Shown: in pieces, positions 33,471 to 48,549 of the stretch
Position numbering within the stretch: the first letter of the stretch is position 1
Layout: every line of letters begins with the position of its first letter
Origin: the human T2T-CHM13v2.0 reference genome, Homo sapiens
DNA length: 64,000 nt
Direction: 5' to 3' (one strand)
Assembly (NCBI RefSeq): GCF_009914755.1
Contig: NC_060934.1
Notes under the pieces: generated by a model
Told to the model about the DNA's origin: nothing
The model's database searches: none
What the model saw: only the letters and a program-made list of their open reading frames with translations
Made by a program: the position numbers and the translations under genes

Positions 33471-34399
33471 TTTCCTATGCAGGGTGGAGGATAAGGCTGC
33501 TGTATAGAACCCAGGTCAGTTGATTTATATAGGGCCGATCTCCTGGGCGAGAGGGTTAGATTTGGATCCCTTTTCTTTTGGGAACTGCATGTTGTGAGTG
33601 GCTTCTTCCAGTGGGAGCTACTAAATTGTTTCTCCAGTACTCCCTGCTTGCTTCCCTCCCTCCACCTTCTACCACCACTCTGGCCAAAGAAGAACAGTAG
33701 AAGAGATTGACTAAAACAAAACAGGAGATGCTAACTGGTGGGTGGACAGCAGAAATCTGGCTTTGACCACTTCAAAAGTGGGGGAATCTGTCTGTTTTTC
33801 TGGTTAGTGCTAACCTGATGTTTCACAGTAACAGAACGCATGACTCAGAAGCAGGCCCAGTCTCCTCTGGGAGCATCTGTCCTGTTTTGATTCGGGCTGT
33901 GGAGTGTGTAACTTTTAATCCAAAAAATGTGCAGCTCTATACAATCCCTTTTGAATGATACAGAGAGTGGAGAATCAGGCTGGTGTTTTGCATATGATCT
34001 TCTCAGCTTTCATTTCCCCGTTTAATCTTTTTGTTTATCTTCCTGGAGAACTTTAAAGAGAAATTGGAAGGAATCGCAAAGTTATCAGGAATAGCCAGTC
34101 TTTTGCCCAGTTCATTCGAATAGTTTTTAAATGGAGAAAAAAAGTCTTCACACATTTGAGAACTTTTTTTGAGAATTCTTTCAAATTGATGTCTTTTTAC
34201 TAAAGACCTCCTGTTTCAACCAGATATTTCTGCATACACTTTAGAAATAAATGATAAATATGTAAATTTAAAAGTAATACGTGCAATGCATTGAGGTTTT
34301 TCTGCCTGAAGCCTTAAAAATATTCAAGGGACAATAGACATGAAGTTATAGGAGCCTGCAACAACAGAGGGGCATAAAATTCAGGAGGGACCCAAGAGG

Positions 34400-34726
34400 T
34401 CAAGTGCGTGTGTTTTCAGCTCAAATTCCTGCTTTACCACTTAACACCTGTGGCTTTGGAACAGGAACTTAACCTCTCCAAGCCTCACCTTCTTCAACTA
34501 CATAAATGGAAATGATATTTCTCCCTCCATAGGGCAGCATGGTAGTGCTGAGGGGCGGAGACATTTGTGCTGCAGGCTCCAGAGCCACGTGCTGGGCTGT
34601 CAGTGTCTGCTTCACAACACACTAGCTGCCTGACCTTAGGCACATTAGCCCCTCTGGGCTTCTGTTTCCTTTCCTGAAAATTGAGCACTTACCTTCTAAG
34701 AGGCGATTTGAGGATAAATTAGTTAC
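34400..34726 (+). mobile_element. Tandem MIR fragments
   Basis: Two core-like segments: CTCAAATTCCTGC...AACCTCTCCAAGCCTCA and CTCTGGGCTTCTGTTTCCTTTCCTGAAAA. Confidence 0.55.
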
Positions 34727-35120
34727 CACTGGAATGTATATATATACGATGGAATACTACTCAGCCCTAAAAAGGAATGAATTAATGGCATTTGCAGCAA
34801 CCTGGATGGGATTGGAGACTATTATTCTAAGTGAAGTAACTCAGGAACGGAAAACCAAGCATAGTATGTTCTCACTCATGAGTGGGAGCTAAGCTGTGAG
34901 GATGTAAAGGCATAAGAATGACACAATGGACTTTGGGGACTCAGGGGGAAAGGGTGGGAAGGGGGTGAGGGATAAAAGACTACAAATCAGGTTCACTGTA
35001 TACTATTCAGGTGATGGGTGCACCAAAATCTCAAAATCACTGCTGAAGAACTTACTCATATGACCAAATACTACCTGTTTCCCAATAGCCTATGGAAATA
35101 AAAGCATTTTTTAAAAAAGA
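34727..35120 (+). mobile_element. L1PB 3' end
   Basis: ATGGAATACTACTCAGCC...GGAGCTAAGCTGTGAGGATGTAAAGGCATAAGAATGACACAATGGACTTTGGGG. Confidence 0.85.
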
Positions 35121-35231
35121 AGAGGACTTGGCACACGATAAGCATTTAATAAACATAGGCTACTAATTTATTTGATATTGAGATGATTTTTAAATTAAAT
35201 AATGTAAAGAAAATGGTAAGTGTAAATGTTA

Positions 35232-35313
35232 TTAGGTCAGCGCAAAAGTAATCACGGTTTTTGCCATTTTGCTTTTAATAGCAAAAACCGTGATTACTTT
35301 TGCACCAACCTAA
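35232..35313. mobile_element. MADE1 (Hsmar1-derived MITE)
   Basis: ~80-bp palindrome TTAGGTCAGCGCAAAAGTAAT...ATTACTTTTGCACCAACCTAA, with TA on the left. Confidence 0.92.
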
Positions 35314-35639
<326 letters not shown>

Positions 35640-35810
35640 ATAACAAGGATTTGATCTGGATGGATTTCAGAGCAAGGGGTATATTCTGTATGAACATCAG
35701 TTAAGTTTTTTGATTTGATGTCATCATCATTTTGGGCAAATGAATCACATATCACAAGGCAAGGTAATGGGGACCTTACATGTGAAATATCCAAACAAAT
35801 GAACACCTAA

Positions 35811-36113
<303 letters not shown>

Positions 36114-36156
36114 TAGGTTTTAATAAAATTAGCCCTCCTCTCCAAGAGTGACAGAA

Positions 36157-36205
36157 GAAAGGAAGGAAGGAAGGAAGGAAGGAAGGAGGAAGGGAGGGAG
36201 AGAGG
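36157..36205. repeat. (GGAA)n/purine microsatellite
   Basis: AAGGAAGGAAGG...GGGAGGGAG. Confidence 0.9.
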
Positions 36206-36893
36206 GCATGCTCAGTTTCTGAATAAATCATGTAGCTCAAAAACTGAAGTCTAGACAGTATCTTCAACTGATCTTAGAAATCAGTCAGCACTGGATCAAT
36301 ACTACCTGGGTGAAAGAGTATTAGAGCACTATCTAATTTCCAAACAAATGAGCCCATAAGTTTTCTTTGTGGTAATTTCAAGACTTAACATAAGGACTGG
36401 AAATCCAGTTACAAAGAAAATGTGGATACACTGAGATATGTCTTCAAAGTAGGGATAATAATACAGGTGTTTCTGCTTTAACTTGATATGTGTTTTCTTA
36501 CAAAACCTTGTGCTCTGCAAAACCGTGTACTAAAGTAACAAAATTTAGGAAAAATTATGGTTGGAGCAGGCCACTCGAAACTATGCAACTTTGTAACCAG
36601 AGCAGTATAAAAACAAAAATTGGTTGATTCCAGGAACAATAACCTTAAGAGCCCAGATAGACGGCTCAGTGCAGCTAGAAAATGCCACCATGTAGCAATA
36701 GAGTGGCTATGCTGGCCACATTTACATGAGAATCAATGGGGCAGGTGAAGGAGGCTCTGGGCTGCTGGTAGGGTGGGTCCCGAGGCATCTATCTGCCACA
36801 AGAAGAGAGCCTCACAGCACAGGCTGGGCTTCACTTCTCTACAGAGGGTGCCCCAGAGGCCAGCATTGTTTATTTGCTTAAAAATAACCGTTT

Positions 36894-37435
36894 ACCTAGC
36901 AATCCCATTACTGGGTATATATCCAAAGGATTATAAATCATTCTACTATAAAGACAGATGCACATGCATATTTATTGCAGCACTATTTACAATAGCAAAG
37001 ACTTGGAATCAACCCAAATGCCCGTCAATGATAGACTGGATAAAGAAAATGTGGCACATATATACCATGGAATACTATGCAGCCATAAAAAAGAACGAGT
37101 TCATGTCCTTTGCAGGGACATGGATGAAACTGGAAGCCATCATTCTCAGCAAACTAACACAGGAATAGAAAACCAAACACTGCATGTTCTCACTCATAAA
37201 TGGGAGTTGAACAATGAGAACACATGGAAACAGGGAGGGAGACATCACACACTGGGGCCTTTTGGGGATTGGGGGGCAAAGGGAGGGAGAGCATTAGGAC
37301 AAATACCTAATGCATGTGGGGCTTAAAACCTAGATGACGGGTTGATAGGTGCAGCAAACCACCATGGCCCATGTATATCTACATAACAAACCTGCACATT
37401 CAGCACGTGTATCCCAGAACTTAAAGCAAAAATAA
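36894..37435 (+). mobile_element. L1PA (approx. L1PA7/8) 3' end
   Basis: ORF2 C-terminus AIPLLGIYPKDYKSFYYKD...WMKLEAIILSKLTQE plus L1PA 3' UTR; TSD AAAATAA(CC/TT)GTTTA-like. Confidence 0.92.
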
Positions 37436-37849
37436 TAATAATTGTTTATAGGTGCCAGTGTGGTAATCAATCTGGGTTTTCTTTTACTCTTGCTGATGAA
37501 GGTTACAATTCTATTGCTGCTAGAATGACACCCCTTTCCTAGAGAAAGATCATGAACCAAAACAATTTCCTGGTTCTCCTAACCTCATTACCTATTGATC
37601 AATTGTATGTGAGTGAATTTGCATTTAGGTTATCTAATGTGATCAAAAAGGTGTTAAAATTTCTATACATGTTTAGAAAAATTCCAAAGCAACTTACTAG
37701 GAAACATGTTGCTTTTGACTGTCTGGAAAAGGTTACAACTTGGATTGAACTGGCGATTTTTGAGGGAGCCGAGGAGTAAGCAAAGAAGGCAGATAGGTGG
37801 AGGTGAACTAGTAATAGGAGGGGTTTATACTTAAAGAACTGAGGTCAAC

Positions 37850-38045
37850 GATGAATACCTTGCAGTGTTCTAAGTGCCTTTTATGGGTTAACCCACTTAA
37901 TTCTCACAGCAATCCTTATAAGGTGGTTTTTACTGCTCCACTTTTACAGATGAGGAAACAGAGGCAAAGAGAATTTATTTCAACGGCTTGCTGAGGGTTG
38001 TATGAGTGTTGAATTGGGCTTTGAACCCAGGCTTTCAGCTCCTGA
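37850..38045 (-). mobile_element. MIR
   Basis: TTTTACAGATGAGGAAACAGAGGC...TTTGAACCCAGGC. Confidence 0.7.
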
Positions 38046-41000
38046 GGCTGCCCATGGAATGGCTACATGGAACAGCCTTGGCAAATGTTACTTTTGCAGC
38101 CAGAATGGCTACATAGGTGGATGTGGATGTGACTTCCTTCTGTGGGCTCATGGTGAACCCCTGAATGAGCCAGATGAACCTCCCCTCAGGCAGGGACAGA
38201 GATATTAATTCAGAGAGACCATCTGTGGGAAAGTGTTCTGTGACATGAAACAGAGAGGAAGGGCAGCATGGTGGACAGACAAAAATGTCGCTTCCTGGTC
38301 GAGTGCCAGTGGGTGCCATCACCCGCCAGTTCTCCAGTGCCTCTCAGATGCCAGCTCCAAAAGTCCTATCATGCTTTTGTGCCAGCCCTGGTTCCCGGGA
38401 GGAAGAGAATGTGGACTTTTTTGGGTTTAAAACAAAAAGAAGTTGATACTGGGAGAACAGTCTGCTTCTCTACAAGGTAAAGGGATCTTTCTTGGGATCT
38501 TTTGGAGGCCTATCAATAGTGCCGTTCCAATTTTCTTCTCTCCTGTGGAGGTGGGGCAGGTGGAGGGAAGCATGAAATGAAATAAATAACATAATGAAAT
38601 CAGGAGAAGGACTACTGAAGAGAGAGAGAGAGAGACCGGTAGAGGAAGACAAGTCTGGGATTCAGGGAGAGGGGATTTGTGAGGGGCTCCCAAGAAGGCG
38701 GGGTGTCCCGGGAAGCACCCTGACCTCAGGCTTCAGTTACATGGAGATATGTCTGATGGAACAGAGTGGCCAGGGAGACTTTGTACTTAACATCCATGGG
38801 TCTCTGTTTGCTCTTTTTACCCTCAGCCTGTTTCCAGCTGTTTCCAACTTCAAAAGGATTAAAGGATTGTGGCTTACTTCAGGAGTCAGAGAGTAGGAGG
38901 GTATTTATGGCTGATCCCAAGGCTTAGGAGCCAGAGAAGGAAGGAAACCTTGATCCCAAGAAACAGGTGGGTTCAGTGGAAATCAAAGCAATGGGACAAG
39001 CCCAAGAATTCTTGGAAGAAAATGAATTAATGGACCCAAGGCAGAAAAGCAGCCCAGGGGAGGCCATCTGGAGGCCGCGCCCCTGCAACAACCCTGCCCC
39101 CATCCCTGGGGAAGTTTCTTCTCTCGGACCTGCTCACTAGGTTCTGGGAGTGAGACATCCTACTCCCATGTCTAGGAAGTGTGGAGAGACCAAGGAGTCT
39201 CTAAAGCCTTTTCCTGGGGGAGAAAAGAGTCTAGAATCCCATGCTAGAACTGAAAGGCATTTTCCAGGAGAAATATTAGGGTGATGAAATATAATGTAGC
39301 AAGTAGAAACACTCAGCGTACTAATTTGAGCTCCCTGCAGTCAAATGATCAGGCAAATGGGAAATCCAAAGGATGGAACAGGAAAGTCTAGAACTCAGGC
39401 TCATGGGAGGTCATTCTTGAGTCAGGTGGGGTGATGTTTGCTTGTGAATTCAGACTTGGTGCCCAGGAAATCCATGTTCACTAAGTTTGGAGATGGGAGA
39501 CAGGAAGGAGACTTGTTTGGCTGATTCAGGAGGAACCAGTTAAGGTCTGAAACAGGAGACAGGCGTCTGGGAAAGGGAAACTGGCAGAGGGGTGGGACTG
39601 AGATCAGTATCTCCCCAGCTGCGTCTCCTCCCACCACCAATTTTGGGATCACTTAGTGTACCCATTTACAGTGCGAACTCCCAGGCTCCTCCAGATCTTC
39701 TAACCTAGGATTTTTGGTGGCATGGCTCGGGAATCTGCATATTAAGAAACACTCCAAAACTTTAACATTCCTCTACATATTAATATTGGAGAATGCCTGG
39801 TTTCAGTTTTACTATTTATTATCTAGAAATTTGGGTACCTGGATGTTAAATGACAACAAGATTCCAATTATTTTCAAGAACTATGAATACTCAACATCCA
39901 AGAACAAGCCATAGTGCTGTAATTGAATAAACCTATTACAATAATAATATCCCTGAGACACACAATCGCTATTTTGCTGCATGGGAATGAGGTATAAATG
40001 TGAACCTGCTTACCTACAGGATTGCATTCATGTTACAGTAAAATAATTTAACTCAGAATTTCTGTGGCCAACAGGGAGGTGAGGCATGAGCTGGAAGGGT
40101 GTTGTAAGGACACAGCTGAAAAACACCCGCTCCTCACTAGCACAGGATCTGGGTGGTTAGGTGTGCTGTTTCCTGCAGCTGAGTTGCCAGAGAAATGAGA
40201 TGTCAGAACTAATCTCTTCCTTTCCTGGGTAGAAGGTGAAGCCAGCAGCTGGTCTTGGCTGTTCTGCCCCATGTGGGTGTCCTCTTTAAAGTTCTGGCTC
40301 CCTGATACCTTCCTCCCAGAAGCCCACTATACTTATTGAACTTAACAGATCACTGCTGCTCCCTTTGCATGACCTGCTGGGCATGAAAGAGATAGTCGGG
40401 TCATGGGCAGTACCACTATGCAAACATGTGCAGGAAGATTCTATTCTGGGACCAAAAAGCTGGATGCTGGACAGTCCAGACCTCTCATTTTGCTAGTGAG
40501 AAATGAGGCTTTGAGAATGAAAATGACTTACCTAAAGGCTTGGGACCCATGCAGCACCTTGAACTCAGGTTCCGTAACTCTCACCACCCTGCCCATCTTT
40601 TCCATTATATGCCTGCATTCACTGAACTCTGGCTGGGCAGGTGAGCAGGTGACTTGGGGGAGTCGTGTGCCAGGCACACCTGAGCCTATGAATCACTTCC
40701 TGCTATTTCATACAGCCCCATTCACCGCATAGCCTCTCTTAAGGATCATACCATTTTAGTGGTATATTTCAGTCCCAAGACACTTGCAGTCAGTATTGGT
40801 GGCAGGATGGCTTCAGCACTTTTGAGAGCATCATGGCACATCTCTTACTCTGTTGATTTCATGCACCCTCTGATTATTGAATATCCCCCCGCTTAATTTT
40901 TCCACACCCATTTGCTATTTTTCAGCAACTGTTCTTACTCACTGTGGCCAAGGGGACCGACATTAAATTCCAACATTGCTTGTGGCAACTTTGAAGGGCT

Positions 41001-42927
41001 GAGGTAATGTAGCTGTGGAAATAAAGCAAGGTTTCTGGGGACAGATGTGAGTACACTCAGTCCAGTCGGGTTCCATTGGTATGTGCTGAGGTCATCAGCA
41101 TAGGCTGGGACCTTCCTGGGAGACTAGACTTAGTCCCTGACCATAAGGACTGTGTTCCCAAAGAAGTTTCTGGGCTGTACTGGAACATCCTCAAGTTCTT
41201 TACACTTAAAAAAGAATAGCAATGCTCTGTAAGAGTCTGATGGGAGAAGTAGGAGGGTAAAATACTCTGAGCCCTTGTTAGTTCACCACCCAGTTGCCAG
41301 GTAGCATCAGAAACCACGAGGGAATATGTTTAAAAAGGCATCTCTCTTCTTCTCTATAGGTGACCTTCATTTCAGCATAAGTAGATATGAAGCTGTCTAA
41401 TTGTCAGTTAAAACAAATCCTTTAAAGGAATTTATCTTCAGGTTGAAAAACTCTCCCAAACATCAAATGAGTATGCTTAGCTCCTAGCCAAAGACACTCT
41501 ATTGCTCTACAGGGGGAAGATGGACCTTAGATTGCCCATGGTTTCTAGCCAAGTACGAGCAATTTGGCAAGTTTACCAGGGCAGGCTGCTAGATAATTCT
41601 TCTGAAAGTTGTCCTAGAATAGTGAAAGCTTTTACTCTAAAGGCTTTATCTAAGAAACCCTCAAAGATCCCACACCATAGCAAATGCCACATTTTTCTTT
41701 TTGGAACAGATAAATGATCCCATCAAGAATAGACCCTGTGGTTGCCAGGAGAAGAGAATGAAATTTTTAGTAGAAATGCAGTCATCACTTCACTCAGTAA
41801 GAAAGAAGGGGGAAAAGGTGTTAGTGGCATATAACCAACTATAATAGCCTCAGCTATGTGAAACTCTTTATACGTCTTGGAATTTTTGAAGCTGAAGTTG
41901 TCTATGCCAAGATACACTTGGGCAACACAACCTGAGAAAACAAAGTTTTAAATAAAGCATTCTGACATCTTTTGCTAATGACACATGCAATTTTATAATA
42001 TACCAAGCTTACGTCTTTCCTTCCAGCTTAGGAGAGTGCAACACCATACATGTCTGGCCCCAAACCAGGAAGAAAGCTAGGCTTAACCTCACCCCCAGAG
42101 TCTCTGTGGCAGTGAATCCAAGAGGGCTAGACACACAGAGAGAATTATAATAATACAACACCCCCTCAAGCTGAGAGGTTGGGGGATGCTGTTCACATTC
42201 TCTAGGTTTTTAAATATAAATATGTACAAAGACTTGAGCAGGGAATGGACAATGCAGTTGTGAAGTCATTCTCGACCCCACATGAAAGTGGGGTAAGCTC
42301 TTCTTCATGCTTCAAGAAGTTACGCAGGAAAACCAAAGTCATCTTCCTGTAGGCTGATCACAGTGAGATCTCCATTTTGGCTCCAAGAGCCAGACTCAAA
42401 GTTAATATGATTTTCTACAGCTTAAACATTCCAATTAAATACCTGCATTTATTTTTTTGGAAGAAAGTAAGCAGAACATTTATTTCAGTTATAGAAATAA
42501 GCATGTCTTTGGCTTGTATTAAAGACTGTTGGTCTCCTAAGCTCTGTTCAAAATTCACAACACAGGAATTTACAGAATTTTCATAAAAGCAATTGAAATT
42601 ACGCATCTCCATGAACTCCCAGGGTGAACTTCTATTAACAAAAGATGTTTTGCTTTACTCACACCTGCTCAGTTCTCCATGGGGGCTCAAGCGATACACA
42701 TTCCAATAGAGCAGCGTCAATAAAATCAAATAAAAATGAAGTTCCAGGGAAGGGAGTGGAGATATAAAATATTACCGCAGAAAGTGCATTTGAGAAGAAG
42801 CCGAGCTATTGGAACTGGTTTTTAAAGGAGAAAATTGTTAGAGAAAAATAGATTTTCAGCCATAAATCATACAATTTTGACTCTTGTTGAGTACTCTACC
42901 AGGTAATCTTAACATACCTTCTCTATG

Positions 42928-42931
<4 letters not shown>

Positions 42932-42977
<46 letters not shown>

Positions 42978-42988
42978 CGCATGTGTGT
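42932..42988. repeat. (TG)n microsatellite
   Basis: About 20 TG units followed by GCGTGCGC. Confidence 0.95.
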
Positions 42989-43582
42989 AGGGTAGATATG
43001 GAAAAGGTACAAGGGATAGGGAAAGTTTAGAAGAGGTAGGAGAAAAGAACGAAGGAGCTAGCAAAATAGGAATTCTTTCTCTTTGCCTGTTACTGGAAAG
43101 AATTAAGGAAACTTTGTGAAGTCTGCCTAAGTTAATGTGTTTGTGTTTGTTAGATTATTGTCTTCAGAAAACTCATGTTTTCTTTGCTCGAAGTTCATGA
43201 TATCCTACTTCTAAGAGGACCCTGTCTATGGGGAAACAAGGAAAGAATTTAATTCCTTCTAATTGCAACACATTCCATTTGATACCATATTGATATTTCT
43301 GAGGTTTTCATGTTGTTCTGAGAGTCCAAAAACATAAAGAGCCTGCTCGATGCAGAGTATTACATTAATAGCCGTCTTCCCTCCACATCCACAAATGACA
43401 CAGATCACATTGGATTTCAACAGATAAGATCCCTTGCCCTTTAAGAGATGGCTGCTTATTGGAAGCAGAACAATGACAAATATACAAGTGACAGGAAAGT
43501 TTTATTTGTGAGAGGAAAAGTACTTTGTTATTTACAATCTCTTGCTGCTTTCAAAGGAAGCGGGGAGTCTCAAGAGGGCCCT

Positions 43583-43690
43583 CAGTGCACTAAAATCTCA
43601 GACTTCACCACTATACAACTCATCTATGTAACCAAAAACAATTTGTACCTCAAAAATGTTTGAAATAAAAGAAAATAGTTAAAAAAAAAA
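43583..43690 (+). mobile_element. Short L1 3' tip
   Basis: CACTAAAATCTCAGACTTCACCACTATACAACTCATCTATGTAACCAAAAAC plus A-rich tail. Confidence 0.7.
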
Positions 43691-43904
43691 ACTGGCCCCA
43701 AAATTAAGAGGGCTGTTTGCAGAGTGAAGTGCTGGGGATGAAGATGACAGATTGGAGGAATCTCTGGGGAGAGCTCTGCAGAGGAGAGGGGGGTATCGGA
43801 TGGCAGGGTGGTGAGGGGAGACCCTGGAATCAGGAAGGACCCACATAGAGGAGCTGTAAACGGGAAAGAAAGGGAATGAGATGAGGCTCCAGGAGGGTGT
43901 TCCT

Positions 43905-44580
<676 letters not shown>

Positions 44581-45365
44581 CAATGAGGACTTTTATTGAT
44601 TTTCCATTCATTCATTTATTCCTTGCTATGCCCCTTTGGTGAGCCAGTGTATGTTTTAGGTGCTGGAGATAAAGCCGACTCCACCCTAAAGAATCTTCAG
44701 TGAAGTCTCTTACTTCTCACTGATGCCTCCTGGAATAGATTTTCTCTTGGAGAGGAAGAGAAATGCTCTGAGACTCGCCAAGACTGGCGCAGGGTGAGAA
44801 CACAGGATGCTGTCAGTAAGGACAGCCACACCTTGTTACTCACATTTCAGGAGGGGTGTCCATAAAGAAAAAAACCAACGTCTTGGCTCTTACGTGTCAT
44901 AATTGACTTCTTGACCAAGAATTGTAAGCATCTAAGTGTAGGAAGAACATGCATAGCTGCTCAGGAATGTGGAGGGGAAGGGAATAATTTGCTTTGGATA
45001 GGGTTGGTCCCTTCTCAATGTGTTGTGGTGGAGTTTTTTTTTAGTTCACTTGTTCTTTCACCTTGGTCTGGAATGGTCTTTGGAGTTTAAGCCTCTAGAG
45101 CAGCTGTTCTTAAGGGAGGTGTCTCAACAAACTGGTGTGTTGGAATGTGTAGTGAGGAATGCAGTAATTTCTTACTAATAATAAAGATCCAAAATTGTGC
45201 AAATGAATGCACCACAATTTTTTAAATGAATAATGTGAAAACCATAGATACTTAAAAACAGAGCCCCACAAAAGGCCTCTATTTTTTTCATTACTGTGAC
45301 ACCAGTGACAGTTGATGTTTACATACATGATCCAGTGGGTGTTCCCAGCTTGATAGCTAGAAGTG

Positions 45366-45930
45366 TGAGTGAGGAAAAGGGGCTTGCTTCCTGATTCACT
45401 AGAAGCCAATACAACAACGCCAAGTTTTTGAAAAAAGAAGACTTTTTTATTGTAATTGCTTTTTTATTGCAATTGCTTTTTATTGCAAGTCAATTCACAA
45501 GGAGACAGGAGACCATCTCGAATCTGTCTCCCTGTCCTGGCTTTCAGGCAGTAATTTTATTAGAAAATGTTTAGGGGATGGATTTCAGGATTAGAAGGTG
45601 ACTGGTGGAAGGAAAGAGGAGATTTGGAAAGTTCTTGGGCATGCACAATTATCTCTCTTCATGCCTCCTCATGGGTCCCATGCGCAAATCCAGGGGGAGT
45701 TGGTATGAAACACATGGTGGAAATTCAGGCTATGACATCAGCAAGCTAATTCTACACAAACTCCAGTCAGCCATATTGGTCCCAACCAATTTTAGCCAGT
45801 TTTGTTATCTTACAAGTGGAGAGAGTTTCAGCATTTTAATAAGTTGTGCTTTTTAAAATCTGTCATCCTGCAAGCTCAAGAATTTCTGTTAATCATTGGT
45901 TTCTTTAACTCTCCGAGGTATAGTTTCATA
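45366..45930 (-). mobile_element. ERV1/MER4-group LTR (family uncertain)
   Basis: GAAAAGGGG...CTAGAAGCCAATAC...CACAAGGAGACAGGAG...GTTTCA; minus-strand CAATAAA copies. Confidence 0.55.
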
Positions 45931-47149
45931 ACTCTACTCATTTTGTCTTATTCAAGAAGGAAAAGCAAGTGAATGAGAGAGATATTAGGTGCAGTATCAT
46001 TCCTCAAGGCTAACTCTGGGCTCATGGAAAGAGTGCTGCGATTGATTGATAATGTCTGTCATGGATGTGGGAATGGGTGTGGTCGTGCGTCACCAGGTTT
46101 TTACCACACCTGCATTACGTATTTCTGAGTTTTCTGGTGTTGTGTCCCTTTGCTTTGCTTATGTTGTAGTCACCTATATCGTGTCTTAAATAGTTTTGAT
46201 TCACTCATATCACCTTGCCTGGCCAAGTCTTGCAATGAATGGGGCTCAAGAGATATTAGAATTCAATTGACCTTACACTTAACTGAGTGTTCCTAACTTG
46301 TGAGATCCTTAATAGCTATTGAACAGTGTCATGAAAGTGACACCCATGGAAACCTATGTCCATAGAACACTGAATGTAGAGTAGGTACACACATGTTTTT
46401 CTCATTAATTTTACTAATAAAATATAATACATTTGGATCAAGAGTGAAACTGTATTTGATCAGAAATTTCAGGGAATACAGTGTTCTTGATTTTTTGTTT
46501 CAGAGCCAGTGCTTTTTGGAACCTATCGAGCATGCATGTCCACTTTCCTGACTTGTTAAACACAGTCCAAATAACAAAATGGAAACTGTGGGAGAAACTC
46601 AAGTCCTCACTTTAACAATCATTTGGATAGAGAAGACTGCATCTAAACAATACTAACCCAAGACAGCCACTAGAAGTTGCTCTAAAAAAGAGAGAGAGAG
46701 AACTCAGGTTCTCAGAGTATTTTGTTGATAGTGACCTCTTTATGAAAATAGGTTAAAAAAATCCAGTGATTGAAGGTTCTAGTAATAGGTAATTATCTAG
46801 GTAATAGGTAATTATCTGGTAATGATCTATCCAGGGATAGATAATTCTAGGTTTTTCTACCTAGTTGCCCAAATATGAATAAGAGGTTAGAACCCTGAAA
46901 CTATTGAACATTTGATATAAATTATACTCTTCCTTAGCTTGCAAGTGCTAAGCCTGGATTCCTTGTATTTCTGAAGTGTTCCTTAACACTTTATTCTACT
47001 AGCATTTGAAAATAGTCAATGACCATGTTGAATAAGGCAGCACCACTTGTCCAGTAAATTCACCCCCAGCTTGAAGAATCCTATAAAGCAAGCAAATATG
47101 TAAAAATAATTATACTTACAGGATGTTTGAATGAAATCCTTCTTTAGAG

Positions 47150-47290
47150 AGGTAGCATCATGGATATGTGGAGAACATGGAATTTGGAGCTAGATTACCT
47201 AGGTTCAAATTCCAGCTCCAATATTTGTAAGTTGTGACCTTGGGCAAGTATTTAACCTGTGAGCTTCACTTTCCTCATCTGTAAAAAAGA
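47150..47290 (+). mobile_element. MIR
   Basis: GGTTCAAATTCCAGCTCC...TGTGACCTTGGGCAAGT...TTCCTCATCTGTAAAA. Confidence 0.8.
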
Positions 47291-48549
47291 ACAGTATTCA
47301 GAAAATATTGCATATCCTGGCATGTGGACAGGGTGTCTGGAATGTCATTACAAGGAATGGCTGGAACACCACGTGAGCTGATGGGAAGTCATTAACATCA
47401 TCTTTATGTTGCCCATTTCTAATCAACCAATTACAGCGAATTTCTCTCTGAATATTGGATTGACTGATGCATATGCAAAGGTCTACTTTGTGTTACTGTT
47501 CTTTAATTATATATAAGTGAGGTCTAATTTTCACTGTGTGCATGCCTAGAGAGGTCAATTCTTATGTACACATGCCCTTTCTAGCTATATGATCCATATT
47601 TATGTTCTCATTAATGACCAAATTCTCAAGTCTTAGTTTTTTTTCAAGTGGCTTAAAATTCAGTTCTTACAGGATAAAAGATGATGTGGGTCTGGGGTTC
47701 ATTCCTGGAGGCAGAGTAAACCTGAAGCACCCTCTGGCATGGGAACTGGTACCGGGGAGAGGCTGGACCCCATTTTGGAGCAACCATGAAGCAATGTGAT
47801 CAAGGGGCAGTCCAAAGTGGAGCTAAGGAAGGAAGCTAGAGCTCAGCTCAATGGAAACAGTATAAGTCCACAGGTCAGAGGGTCAGGAAACAGGTCTAGG
47901 GCCATGGCCTTGGACAATCAGGAACAGGTGAGGAAGGGAAATGACCAGCAAGATATGGACTGAGGCAAATATTTTGGCGTGCAGGCTGGGAGCACTGAGA
48001 ACATGCTGGGGCTTTTCCAACAGGTGCCAACATTGTAGAGTGGGAATACCCCCTCTAGCTTGGAGGTTTCTGCAAACGATCTCGCTTAAGGTCTTCTAAG
48101 GTGCGGTATTTATACCATTTAATTATCTGAGTTAGTAAGGGGTTTCTATTTCTTCAGAAACTTCACGCAGACATCTTGAAGTTTGAGATTGAATTGAGCA
48201 GGCCTGAAACTTAAACCATAACACCTTCCCTTCTCTAGGCCTCCATACCTCAGTGGAGGATGCTTCTGGGGATAAAACGCCTTCAAAATGAGTTATCCTC
48301 ATAAGTCACATGGGTGACATTGTTAAGCATCACATAATGCAGTGACCAAAGTTTGCTACAGATCCCAAGGGTTTGGCTGTACAAAGTGAAGTTGGACAGG
48401 TTGGCCTCATGCCAAACTGGGGTCTTCATCGTGTCCTTAACCCTTTCCCCTCCTGTGGTCAGTGTCGTCCTGCTTTCCAACCCGCCCACCATTGCAACAG
48501 CTATGCCCATTGAGCTTTAGTACATGCTAACTTCACAGTATGTACTAAC

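Noticed and set aside
36773-37326. 131-aa and 122-aa ORFs
   Set aside because: L1PA ORF2 C-terminus and its alternative frame in a 5'-truncated copy.
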